From a virus (taxonomy: Duplodnaviria > Caudoviricetes), in the IMG/VR virus record IMGVR_UViG_3300029825_000010, positions 1 to 58,217 of that record: 58,217 nucleotides of DNA. One strand, 5' to 3'. Under the pieces are notes generated by a model. The model saw nothing but the letters and a program-made list of their open reading frames with translations, was not told where the DNA came from and did no database searches. A program made the translations under genes and the position numbers. This document shows positions 20,762 to 29,592 of this stretch, piece by piece. Each line of letters opens with the position of its first letter. Position 1 is the stretch's first letter.

Positions 20762-21424
20762 ATGGCTGCTGAAGATAAGAAAATTAGTTCATTAACAGAA
20801 TGGCTTTATGCAAGCGTACAAGATGCTGCAAATATGGTTGTTTCTCATTTTGGAAGTAATTATAGAATTACTTTATCAACACTTAAGCAATATGTATTGG
20901 GCGACAGAGAAATTGGTGGTACTGGTTCGCAGGATATAACTACAAATGGTGATGCGCAAATACTTGCACAGAAAAGACTTGATTCACCATCGTTTAACGA
21001 CGATGTGGAGCTTAATTGGAATGTAACGGCGACCCAAATGAACTTTCTTAGCGGTCTTAATGTCAACGTTAATCAAGTGCTTAACAGTATTGGTTCCAAT
21101 ATTATGACAATTGAAAACCGTATTGACGATTTAGAGGAAGATGTTGGTTCAATTACATTGTCTACATTTGTTGCAACATATGATTTCAATGCAGGAGGAG
21201 ACTCGCTATCACTTCTTGCATCAGTTCTGAGTCCAGATGTTAGTATGGTTGACCCAGGAAAAGTCATTGTCCAAATATATATTTTGAATGACACAGCCAG
21301 AATCCTTGCTTCCGATGTCGTAATTCAAATTAATACAAACGAATTGAATGAATTCCATAGCATATCGCTTTCTGGTCTTGAACCCGGGAAGCAATATTCA
21401 TTGAGAGTGCTATCAAGTGTTTAG
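20762..21424 (+). CDS. putative tail fibre/spike protein
   Basis: N-terminal KKISSL motif, short coiled coil, beta-rich C-terminus. Confidence 0.5.
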   Translation: MAAEDKKISSLTEWLYASVQDAANMVVSHFGSNYRITLSTLKQYVLGDREIGGTGSQDITTNGDAQILAQKRLDSPSFNDDVELNWNVTATQMNFLSGLNVNVNQVLNSIGSNIMTIENRIDDLEEDVGSITLSTFVATYDFNAGGDSLSLLASVLSPDVSMVDPGKVIVQIYILNDTARILASDVVIQINTNELNEFHSISLSGLEPGKQYSLRVLSSV

Positions 21425-21586
21425 CTTTCGCAAGATATTTAATGCAAATACTTGAATATTTCTAGCAGAAAGAATACACAATCCCTGATAACATATCTCA
21501 AGCCATTACTGCAAGAGAAGAACAAATAGCTTGACACAATGTCGCAAATAAAAAAAATAGATACATGAAGATAAGGAGTATTTATT

Positions 21587-22018
21587 ATGGCTGAAAGAGA
21601 CATAAATCAAAAGAAATATCAGTCGATGCCAGACGACTTTGATATTATTAAAGTGAAACAGTATAACACTGCTGGCGATATTATCCCTCAAGGTTCTGTT
21701 ATCTATGTGACGACTAAAGCTGCTGAAGATAGTGAGATACCATTTGATGCCTTAGCAACTGGAACCCTAACTTCTAATATTACGCTCATTGCAGGTGATA
21801 ACATAAGTATTGTTGGCTATCAGCGCAACTATTCTGGCATTGAATTAATCACAGAATGTGTGTTTGCCAATGACTTAACCAGCGTTATTGTCAATGGAGC
21901 AGGCAAGAATATGTCTCTCCTGAATAACGCTCCCGCCGGAACACTGATTATGGGTGCTTTTCAGAAAGTCACGATTCCCACAAGCTCAACTGACTCGGTC
22001 TTGATTGCATATAGATAA
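21587..22018 (+). CDS. hypothetical protein (possible virion protein)
   Basis: AAGGAG RBS; TTGACA upstream at 21531. Confidence 0.55.
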   Translation: MAERDINQKKYQSMPDDFDIIKVKQYNTAGDIIPQGSVIYVTTKAAEDSEIPFDALATGTLTSNITLIAGDNISIVGYQRNYSGIELITECVFANDLTSVIVNGAGKNMSLLNNAPAGTLIMGAFQKVTIPTSSTDSVLIAYR

Positions 22019-22040
22019 ATAGGATTATTGGTAAACACTA

Positions 22041-22541
22041 ATGGAAGAAAGAGACATGGTATCAAGACAAGAGTTTCAAAAAGGGATGTCTGACATGGAG
22101 AGAAAAATGGACAGCGGTTTCGCTAATCTTGAGAAAAGCATAATGGAACTTAAGCACATAGTTGAAATGGACAGAAAGACTGATAATGAAAAGTATGATG
22201 ATAGATATTTGCTTAATGATGATTTTCATCAAACTCTTGTCATGGGTCTTGTTCATCCAGAAGTTAAAAATATAATATATTCATTAATGGCGGATTTTAT
22301 GTGTAGCGAGAATGGCAAAATGAAGTTTGAGCATTTGGCTAACAGGTATCTTGACAAGAAGCGTGACGACATCTCAGCATGGTCAACTTTCTGGACAAAG
22401 ACGGCCAAGATTCTGGCAACCATTGCATTTCTTGCCGCGATTGTATATGGTGGCACATTGAATAATCAGAACAACAATATCCTCGAAAATCAGCAGAAGC
22501 AACTTGATAAGATAGGGGAAATACTGGAGAGCTACAAATGA
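22041..22541 (+). CDS. coiled-coil protein with one C-terminal transmembrane helix
   Basis: ILATIAFLAAIVYGG hydrophobic segment. Confidence 0.55.
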   Translation: MEERDMVSRQEFQKGMSDMERKMDSGFANLEKSIMELKHIVEMDRKTDNEKYDDRYLLNDDFHQTLVMGLVHPEVKNIIYSLMADFMCSENGKMKFEHLANRYLDKKRDDISAWSTFWTKTAKILATIAFLAAIVYGGTLNNQNNNILENQQKQLDKIGEILESYK

Positions 22542-23395
22542 GACTTCAATTAGCATTAGGTCTCGGCTTGTCTCGTGCGCGTGGTGGGGGAGAAAAATAC
22601 TCTGCTGAAGCATTAGCCTATTTTGCAGAGATGCTAACGCAAGGAGACGATGCCTATAAGCTCTGGATTGACACATACATCAAAAAGCTGAAGGCTGACG
22701 GATTGTGGGCGAAAATATCAGCCATGTGGCTGCTCGGCAACAAAGACCAAAACGCAAGCTTTATCAACATGAAAAATCCAGCAGGCACAAAAGCGCAAGG
22801 GCTTGGCGGGATTGACGGATTCACCGCGTATAGCGGCTGGAACGCTGGTGCGGGTGCAGGGAAAGCGATTGACACAGGCATCTCACCAGCGACACTGGGG
22901 CTAACGGAAAACAATGCCTTTGTTGGCGTTTACAGCTTGACTGATTCTGCCGCAACGGCTGTTGACATTGGCGCGCGAGGCACTGTTGTCAATTCTTCGT
23001 TTGGCAGGGTCATGGTTAGCTCACGACTCGGCCATGAATACCAGCAAAATGCGTTATTCCAAGGCATTATAGCGAGTGGCGAAGCATGGACTGGTGAGCA
23101 AACACCCAAGTCGGACGGCTTTCATTTGGTGAACAAAAACAACACATCAACATCATCATCATATCGCAATAACACCGTCTACGGGACTTCCGCTGAGTCA
23201 GCAAATGGGGTGACAACCAGAAGCATATATCTGTGTGCAATGAATACTGATGGCACTGTTGGCTCACCTTCCAACCGTACCATTCTGTTGAGCATGATAG
23301 GTATTGGGCTGTCTGATGCCGAAAGAGGGCTGCTAAAAAACCATGTGGAATGGCTCACGAAGAACAGCCCAGGGGGTGACAAATGGATAGCGTAG
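22538..23395 (+). CDS. putative lectin-like/receptor-binding virion protein
   Basis: N-terminal LALGLGLS..GGG; Gly/Ser/Thr-rich beta sandwich; GC-richer than neighbours. Confidence 0.45.
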   Translation: MRLQLALGLGLSRARGGGEKYSAEALAYFAEMLTQGDDAYKLWIDTYIKKLKADGLWAKISAMWLLGNKDQNASFINMKNPAGTKAQGLGGIDGFTAYSGWNAGAGAGKAIDTGISPATLGLTENNAFVGVYSLTDSAATAVDIGARGTVVNSSFGRVMVSSRLGHEYQQNALFQGIIASGEAWTGEQTPKSDGFHLVNKNNTSTSSSYRNNTVYGTSAESANGVTTRSIYLCAMNTDGTVGSPSNRTILLSMIGIGLSDAERGLLKNHVEWLTKNSPGGDKWIA

Positions 23396-23610
23396 ATGTA
23401 GTTATTGTGCCGTCAATGGACTTGATTTCACAGCCAATATATGATGAGGTCAACGGCGTTTATCACGCTATCGCTCCGATTCGCATTATGAATGATGGAT
23501 ATGCTATTCCTGCATCAATTTTGGACTGCGAGATATTTAGCGCATATCATGCTTATTTATCTTCTTGCGAAAGAAAAACAATACCACTGGAGGTGGAAGA
23601 TGAACTTTAG
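23383..23610 (+). CDS. small hypothetical protein (possible fibre chaperone)
   Basis: overlaps upstream gene; GGGGG RBS. Confidence 0.5.
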   Translation: MDSVDVVIVPSMDLISQPIYDEVNGVYHAIAPIRIMNDGYAIPASILDCEIFSAYHAYLSSCERKTIPLEVEDEL

Positions 23611-23917
23611 AAATATCAGTTGGAGATTGACCAACACACTCAAGCACTTTGGGTTGATGCTATTGCTTGGCATCGCAGCTTGGTTTTTCGCATACGTCGG
23701 CAATGCTCAGGGGCTCGGCTGGTTCCCCAATATCGCGGCAATCATAGTCACGGTATATGTAGAATATCGGCAATGGTCACGCAGTGGAAAACCGGTCTTG
23801 GCATTATTGAAAGAGCGTGGATTCGACACGCTCGTGGATGTATTGGCTGGCAATGCTGGCTTCTTTCTTGGCTACAATGTGTTGCTCAAACTAACGGCTG
23901 GCGGATGGATAGTGTAA
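23600..23917 (+). CDS. membrane protein with 2-3 TM helices (start moved to ATG 23600)
   Basis: GGAGG RBS before 23600; hydrophobic segments. Confidence 0.55.
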   Translation: MNFRNISWRLTNTLKHFGLMLLLGIAAWFFAYVGNAQGLGWFPNIAAIIVTVYVEYRQWSRSGKPVLALLKERGFDTLVDVLAGNAGFFLGYNVLLKLTAGGWIV

Positions 23918-24427
23918 GTGAAAGAGATAAAAGAGATAATCCTACACTGCTCAGACTCGCTTTGGGGTACCGCATCAGAAATTAGAAGGTGGCACCTAGC
24001 TAATGGTTGGAAGGATATAGGTTATCACTTTGTCGGCACGAATGGCTACGTAAGACCACAGTTTTATATCCCTGAAATGGATGGCAGTCTTGAAGTGGGC
24101 AGGTATCTGGATGGAGACAACTTCATTTCTGATAATGAAATTGGAGCACACACTCTTGGCTATAATGCTACGAGCGTGGGCTATTGCTTAATAGGCAAAG
24201 AGAAGTTTACCGTGCCTCAGTTCTGGAAAGTCAAGCGCATGTTTGAGTTTTTAATATTGAAGTATGGCCTCAAACTAAGTGATGTTTATGGTCACTATGA
24301 GAAGCAAAAAGGCAGGACTTGCCCCAATGTAGACATGGTATGGTTTAGAGAAGTGCTGTTCAGAGAAGAATTACTGGACAGTTTTGAATTGGAAAAATAC
24401 TGGACAAAAACACTAAATGGAGATTAA
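23918..24427 (+). CDS. endolysin, N-acetylmuramoyl-L-alanine amidase (Amidase_2, T7 lysozyme-like)
   Basis: IILHCSD, GWKDIGYH, GAHTLGYN, GH...K..TCP zinc-ligand pattern. Confidence 0.92.
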   Translation: MKEIKEIILHCSDSLWGTASEIRRWHLANGWKDIGYHFVGTNGYVRPQFYIPEMDGSLEVGRYLDGDNFISDNEIGAHTLGYNATSVGYCLIGKEKFTVPQFWKVKRMFEFLILKYGLKLSDVYGHYEKQKGRTCPNVDMVWFREVLFREELLDSFELEKYWTKTLNGD

Positions 24428-24791
24428 GATGGATATTAAGTTTTTAAGTAGGAAGTTTATTTTATCAATTTTGTTAGCTATAATGGCTATTATATTTTTG
24501 ATGAAAGGACTGATTGACCAAAATAATTGGAGTATTATTATGATGGCAACGGTTGTGAGCTACACCGTTTCTAAAACTATTGACAAGAAATATGGATTGA
24601 TTAATTATCCCACCATTTGGAGCAGGATTGTATCAATATTCAGCCGTGAGTTTATTGTATCTATTTTGGCTGTGGTTGGCTCTGGCTTGTTATGTTGGTA
24701 TGGATTTATTGATGGAAACATCTGGTTTCAGATTGCTCTTGCGGTCGGAAGTGCTTATAACATATTCAATTCTATCGGGAAAGTGAAGTAA
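24417..24791 (+). CDS. putative holin made of an internally duplicated two-TM unit
   Basis: FLSRKFI.../IFSREFI... repeats, four hydrophobic segments, follows endolysin. Confidence 0.65.
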   Translation: MEIKMDIKFLSRKFILSILLAIMAIIFLMKGLIDQNNWSIIMMATVVSYTVSKTIDKKYGLINYPTIWSRIVSIFSREFIVSILAVVGSGLLCWYGFIDGNIWFQIALAVGSAYNIFNSIGKVK

Positions 24792-24792
24792 T

Positions 24793-25329
24793 TTGTTAAA
24801 GTATGCCTTTTATATTATTGTTGCACTAATGATTGCGGGGCTATTGATATTTAGTTTCTGGTCATGGAAAAGGCTTCCTGACATTCGCACAGAAACTATT
24901 AATCACGAGATAATCAAGCCGGTTGAAGTGCGCATAATTGAAAGATACATAGAAGGCACGGTTGACACAGTTTATATTGATAATAAGCCACAACCTGTTG
25001 CTGTTTATGAGACAAAGAAGGACACACTTGATACTCAGGTTGATGTCCGGGTTAGGTATTTCATAGAGCAGAATAGATTTGACTCTGACATTGGCATAAA
25101 TACAAATCACAAAGAAACTGTAATTGAGACTACCAAGTATATAACTCAGAAGCCAAAGTTGATTAGGTTCGTCTCTGGAGTATCTGTTGGCTTTGTTGAT
25201 GACAAAGATAATGCTGGACTAAAAAATGCCGGTCTTGATGCTGGAATTAAATTGAGAGATAAGTATTCGGTCTCAATCTTTGCAAATACGGATAATGTAT
25301 TTGGCTTGAGATTTGGAATAGATTTTTAA
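24793..25329 (+). CDS. spanin-position protein: N-terminal TM anchor, C-terminal beta strands ending in Phe
   Basis: YAFYIIVALMIAGLLIFSFW anchor; VDTVY; ends FGLRFGIDF. Confidence 0.5.
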   Translation: MLKYAFYIIVALMIAGLLIFSFWSWKRLPDIRTETINHEIIKPVEVRIIERYIEGTVDTVYIDNKPQPVAVYETKKDTLDTQVDVRVRYFIEQNRFDSDIGINTNHKETVIETTKYITQKPKLIRFVSGVSVGFVDDKDNAGLKNAGLDAGIKLRDKYSVSIFANTDNVFGLRFGIDF

Positions 25330-25354
25330 CACTCATCTCGTACCACTCCACTCA

Positions 25355-25390
25355 CGGATGTCAGTCTCATCCTTCCTGGCATCCGTTTTT
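25355..25390 (+). terminator. rho-independent terminator of late operon
   Basis: CGGATGTCAG/CTGGCATCCG stem plus TTTTT. Confidence 0.75.
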
Positions 25391-25551
25391 GCTTATACTT
25401 GAAAATGCGCATACAAAGCAAAAGCCCCCAAACATAAGCCCGCAATTTAGCACAGAACGCAAAAAGAAGCACGCTGTGGCACTTTCTGCCCCCAGTTGGT
25501 ATAGTTTATAGTGTTTGCAAATAAAGCGCGTTAAAACAGCTTTTCTTGCGT

Positions 25552-25805
25552 GGGGGGAAGGGTAAGGGTTAGGGGGTAGTATAAGTACTCTGGTAAAAGG
25601 TATTCTAAAACTATTTTTACTTATCTGAATATTCTATTTGCTTTTACTTAGAAATGGGTTATTTTATAGTTCTACTATGTAATAGTAGTAGTATCTTTTA
25701 ATAATATATATATATATATACTTATTAAGTACTCTTAGTATATATATTAATATATATAAAGAACTCTCCATTCTTTCTTTCTTTTGGTTCTTTTCTTTCT
25801 TTCTT
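25552..25805. other. low-complexity non-coding region, candidate replication origin
   Basis: G-tract cluster, TAAGTACTCT x2, (TA)n runs, polypyrimidine TTCT repeats. Confidence 0.4.
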
Positions 25806-25820
25806 ATGAAAACTAAATAC

Positions 25821-25859
25821 AAAAAAATCCCTCCAAACCCGATATGAGAACGGAGGGAT
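25821..25859 (-). terminator. rho-independent terminator of the minus-strand arm
   Basis: ATCCCTCC/GGAGGGAT stem followed by T7 on minus strand. Confidence 0.75.
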
Positions 25860-25879
25860 GAGAGTGTGGTTTGTGTGAG

Positions 25880-26779
25880 TTAAATCAAAAGCCACTCACC
25901 TTCTTCGACATCAATAAGTGTGGCTGAGTTTTTATTTGGCACGAGAAACAGAGTGTTTTCTCCGTTGATTTTATCAGTGTCGCTTGGCTGTATTTCAATT
26001 CCTGTCACTAATGATGGTGCTGGAATTATCGCAACCTTAAGTCCACTGCCAGTTGAGGCTGGTAGAGCAATCTCGCCTGGATTGCCTTCTGGATTTGCGG
26101 TTACAACAACGTGAGAGTGAGTAACTGGTAAGGCAGCAGGAGAACCATTTGTCAATGAAAGGTCAAGCGTAGTTGTTGTTACTGTATTAAGAGACTGTAA
26201 TGCAACAATGTCTGCGTTAACTTCAGCAAATGTTGAGGCAGCAAAAGTTGGGTCAACCATATCAATATTAACAATATCGCTTGCTATAGTTCCAGTCAAG
26301 GCAGTTGCAGTTGCTTTAATAGATAACATTCCTGCACCAACAGTTCCAGCGAAAACAAGGGTTACTTGAGTATTACTATCTTTTGTTGATGTTGAAAGCG
26401 TTAGACCGGTAGTTCCTGCGTCAATCGTGAAATTCGTGATTGTTCCAGCGGCAGCGGCAAATGTGTCACCAGAAAGAGTTAGCACAATGGTTGCACCATT
26501 TTCCCCTACTCTTGGAGCACTCACGGTCGAAATGAATGGAATTGAAGCTACACCGGTTACATACATGCCAGGATAATTCGTGGTATCAGGCTTGACAAAA
26601 CCACTGTTGGCTGCCTCAAATCTGGTATCAACAAGCGTGGGATTGTTGTTGATATAAGTAATCACATCAATGGCCAATACTCCAAGCTGCTTTGCGATTA
26701 GATTCACGTGGACACGGTCTATTCCATAGATTTGCTTACAAGCACGGAACGCATCATAGAGTTGTTTCTGATTAATCAT
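25880..26779 (-). CDS. virion-like Ig/beta-rich protein encoded opposite the structural operon
   Basis: Thr/Ala/Gly-rich core; C-terminal LPAS.G.G..V....IQP..TDKING...W fibre-type domain; AGGAG RBS. Confidence 0.6.
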   Translation of the reverse strand: MINQKQLYDAFRACKQIYGIDRVHVNLIAKQLGVLAIDVITYINNNPTLVDTRFEAANSGFVKPDTTNYPGMYVTGVASIPFISTVSAPRVGENGATIVLTLSGDTFAAAAGTITNFTIDAGTTGLTLSTSTKDSNTQVTLVFAGTVGAGMLSIKATATALTGTIASDIVNIDMVDPTFAASTFAEVNADIVALQSLNTVTTTTLDLSLTNGSPAALPVTHSHVVVTANPEGNPGEIALPASTGSGLKVAIIPAPSLVTGIEIQPSDTDKINGENTLFLVPNKNSATLIDVEEGEWLLI

Positions 26780-26832
26780 CTTAATCTCCTATTTTATATT
26801 TGATACAATAACTGGGAGATTGCCGTTTTGTG

Positions 26833-27125
26833 TCAAGAATTATTTGATGATGTCTTTTGTTTGCTTTTTTCATAGGTTTCAATAATGTCTTTGTCTCTTA
26901 CGCCAGCGGCCTTGATTAGCTTGAGTAGCTGCTCTGGCCTCATCGTTTCATAAAGAGTCACAACGGCCAAAGTTAAGTCACATAGAGTATCTTCAAATCC
27001 TGGCTCGAACACTTTGCTGATTTGCTCGGAAAACTGGTCGTTTAATTTGATAACATCTTTGTGCGCTTCTCTGAATGTGTCGTGACGCCTATTTGCTTGG
27101 CGAACTTTCCTATTGAATATAGCAT
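26833..27125 (-). pseudogene. frameshifted MerR-type HTH gene
   Basis: MLYSIGKFAKQIGVTT from ATG 27125, continuing in the -1 frame as TFREAHK... to TGA 26833; GAGG RBS and TTGACA upstream. Confidence 0.5.
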
Positions 27126-27363
27126 ATTTATTACCTCTGGAGACATCATGTGTGCAATGGCTATTTTGTCAAGCTATTTCTTCATATTTCTATAGGTTTA
27201 CGTTGAGTTTATTTGGGCTGCGCTGCCGCGCACCTTTAAAAGAAAAGCGGAGTGCCTTCGGCACGTTAATCGGAAAGCCACAGAACCCAAACATTGAATG
27301 TAATGCCCCCGAAATAGTTAATCATTTAATCACCTTTTTTTCTTTTCATAATGTGTTTTCATG

Positions 27364-27714
27364 TTAATTATTACCCTGCTTATAAACATCGCTCCAGCTC
27401 AGTGTATTATGGTCTATTAATTGCACCGAGTAGTGCATTGATATGTATTGGTTTATTCCTGCGAAGTACTTACCTGGCAGGAAGTAGTTTGGTCGAGCTT
27501 GACAAACCATTACATACTTCATCGTGGGTAGCTTACTAATTTGGTTGTAGATATGATTAGCCTCATCTAAGTCACGACACACGAATACAAGTTTATTGAT
27601 TCTGCGTGTTCGCCTGTATGTTCTACAAGTAGCTGTAACATACAGGTAGTCACTTATATCGGGCTTATTAATAATTGGCGGTTTCTTTCTCTTGCAGCGC
27701 CTCTTTTCATTCAT
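27364..27714 (-). CDS. hypothetical basic protein
   Basis: AGGAG RBS; ORF. Confidence 0.55.
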   Translation of the reverse strand: MNEKRRCKRKKPPIINKPDISDYLYVTATCRTYRRTRRINKLVFVCRDLDEANHIYNQISKLPTMKYVMVCQARPNYFLPGKYFAGINQYISMHYSVQLIDHNTLSWSDVYKQGNN

Positions 27715-27747
27715 TCATTTGCTCCTGTTCTTTGTGTATTTTATCTG

Positions 27748-28185
27748 CTAAACCTTTTCTGTATAAGTATATCCACTTAGTTGTCTAATTTTTTCCACTG
27801 TTCTGGCAATTTCGTTTTGATGTTCTGTGATTTTATTAAGATATAACAACTTTTTTTTCTCTCTTAAAAGATTGTTTAGGTAAGCAGATGAAAACCTGCC
27901 ATCACTATACAAACCAATCATGTCACAATAGCCTTGTGCTGTTACATCCTCAATCCATGTTTTAGTGCCACTAAAAACCTTCGCAACAATAACTCCAATT
28001 ATTTCTGTATCACGTGGTGGACATATGGTTTCCTTCTCAGACATAAAATATAATGGCTTATACCTTAAATCTTGGAAAAAGTTAACTTCTGGTAATATGT
28101 TATACTTGCTAAGAATGCGCAACGTTTCAAGCTGTTCCAAAGTGATAGTATTGCCTTTTTTTGAATCTTGTGTTGTTTCAATCAT
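27748..28185 (-). CDS. hypothetical protein
   Basis: AAGGAGG RBS; ORF. Confidence 0.65.
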   Translation of the reverse strand: MIETTQDSKKGNTITLEQLETLRILSKYNILPEVNFFQDLRYKPLYFMSEKETICPPRDTEIIGVIVAKVFSGTKTWIEDVTAQGYCDMIGLYSDGRFSSAYLNNLLREKKKLLYLNKITEHQNEIARTVEKIRQLSGYTYTEKV

Positions 28186-28290
28186 TTAATCCTCCTTAAG
28201 TATTTCGTTTATTTGTGTTTCATCAAATATAGACAAGTCAATTTGTGTTCCACATTCTGGATTTTGTGATTCAATACATATAATATTCAT
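28186..28290 (-). CDS. 34-aa ORF (MNIICIESQNPECGTQ...), possibly a gene remnant
   Basis: GGAG RBS, abuts next start; shares PECG.Q with the 28991 gene. Confidence 0.35.
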   Translation of the reverse strand: MNIICIESQNPECGTQIDLSIFDETQINEILKED

Positions 28291-28317
28291 TTACTTCTCC
28301 TATTTAATTTCAATTTG

Positions 28318-29001
28318 CTAAAACAATATCATTTGAGACTCAATCTTATGATTGATTTCATATTTTTGATTTTCACCTTTCGGATAATCAAGTATTTCAT
28401 ATTTGAAATGTTTTCTCATTTCTTTGATTTCACGTTTATTACCAAGAAACATAAAATATCTATGTTTTGACTTTTTTTCAACTAAATATTTAATATGTTC
28501 AGGTAAATTTGATGAGCCAGAACAGCCATATTTGCTATACATTGTTCTTGGGTGAACACTTTTATTTGTTATTGTGTTTATGAACTTTCTTTCAGGCTTT
28601 GATTTTCCTGCATATATCCAATTTGTAGCCTGATAAATATATCCATGATGACCATTATTTTCGTCAGCATAGGACACAATACAGCATGGGGTTTTTATTT
28701 GTTTTAAGGATTGCGAAACAAAATAGCTCAATGAATTTTTTGGCAATCCTTCTTCAGCTATAAGTCTATTTAGTTCCCATGTTTTCATTGGATATTCGGA
28801 ACCAAAGCAGGCATATCCGTCATTTAGATTTCTACAAGGAGTTCCAAATGTGCAAACTCCGACAAGATTGTTTGAATCTTTAATGTCGAATAATCCAAAA
28901 GCAAAAGAAACAGAAGGTATTGTTTTGGCATAATGTCTTTTCATAATCCATTCAAAATATTGGCTTCTGTCAATCGGGACGATTTGATATTTATCTTTCA
29001 T
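28318..29001 (-). CDS. mom: Mom-like (GNAT-fold) adenine modification protein (start moved to ATG 29001)
   Basis: HY, VGVCTFG, WELNRL, VSYAD...HHGYIYQATNWIYAG, KHRY motifs. Confidence 0.8.
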   Translation of the reverse strand: MKDKYQIVPIDRSQYFEWIMKRHYAKTIPSVSFAFGLFDIKDSNNLVGVCTFGTPCRNLNDGYACFGSEYPMKTWELNRLIAEEGLPKNSLSYFVSQSLKQIKTPCCIVSYADENNGHHGYIYQATNWIYAGKSKPERKFINTITNKSVHPRTMYSKYGCSGSSNLPEHIKYLVEKKSKHRYFMFLGNKREIKEMRKHFKYEILDYPKGENQKYEINHKIESQMILF

Positions 29002-29362
29002 TTTGTGCTCCACATTCTGGCTTTGCTTGTGAATTATTTCTTTCTGTTTCTTTGGATTTATGATAACTATATCCAGCGCCAACGTCAAGCATATGGTCAA
29101 CTCTTTCAAGTGCAATTCTAAGTTTATCCCTATCACTTTGTCTTGATGCCGGACTATCTTTAAGGATTGAAGAACCAACCATAAAAAAATCACAGTATGG
29201 CTCATAATGGTTTGCGAGATGAAAATAAGACGCATCTATCGTTATCTTTGTTTTGTAATAGTGAATTATGAATGATTTATGTCTCCATCTATCTGTTATC
29301 ATGATTGTTCGATGGTCTGAATTTGGGTTTCTTGGAACACGATGTATGGTTAACAGAGACAC
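28991..29362 (-). CDS. hypothetical protein
   Basis: ORF in tightly packed operon. Confidence 0.5.
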   Translation of the reverse strand: MSLLTIHRVPRNPNSDHRTIMITDRWRHKSFIIHYYKTKITIDASYFHLANHYEPYCDFFMVGSSILKDSPASRQSDRDKLRIALERVDHMLDVGAGYSYHKSKETERNNSQAKPECGAQNER

Positions 29363-29367
29363 TATTG

Positions 29368-29592
29368 CTACTCCTTATTTACTGAAAGTATTTTATGCTC
29401 ATCGATAACTTTTACTATATTGCCATGCATATAGATAAACGAAAGTTGCGATACAATTCTATCAAGCCAATCACGGTCAACCATGTCCAGCCAAAAATGG
29501 TGTGGATAGTTGTTTTCTAAATCAAATTGCTGAATTGTTTTAAGTTCTTTTTCGTTCAGCATGAATGTTGGTATCCAATTTGTTTCGTTCAT
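29368..29592 (-). CDS. hypothetical protein
   Basis: GAGGAG RBS, ATGA overlap. Confidence 0.55.
   Translation of the reverse strand: MNETNWIPTFMLNEKELKTIQQFDLENNYPHHFWLDMVDRDWLDRIVSQLSFIYMHGNIVKVIDEHKILSVNKE

Noticed and set aside
20762-23395. Diversity-generating retroelement or invertible tail-fibre switch
   Set aside because: No reverse transcriptase, invertase, template/variable repeat pair or flanking inverted repeats seen
29002-29235. N-terminal extension of the Mom ORF
   Set aside because: Overlaps the 28991-29362 gene; RBS and homology begin at ATG 29001
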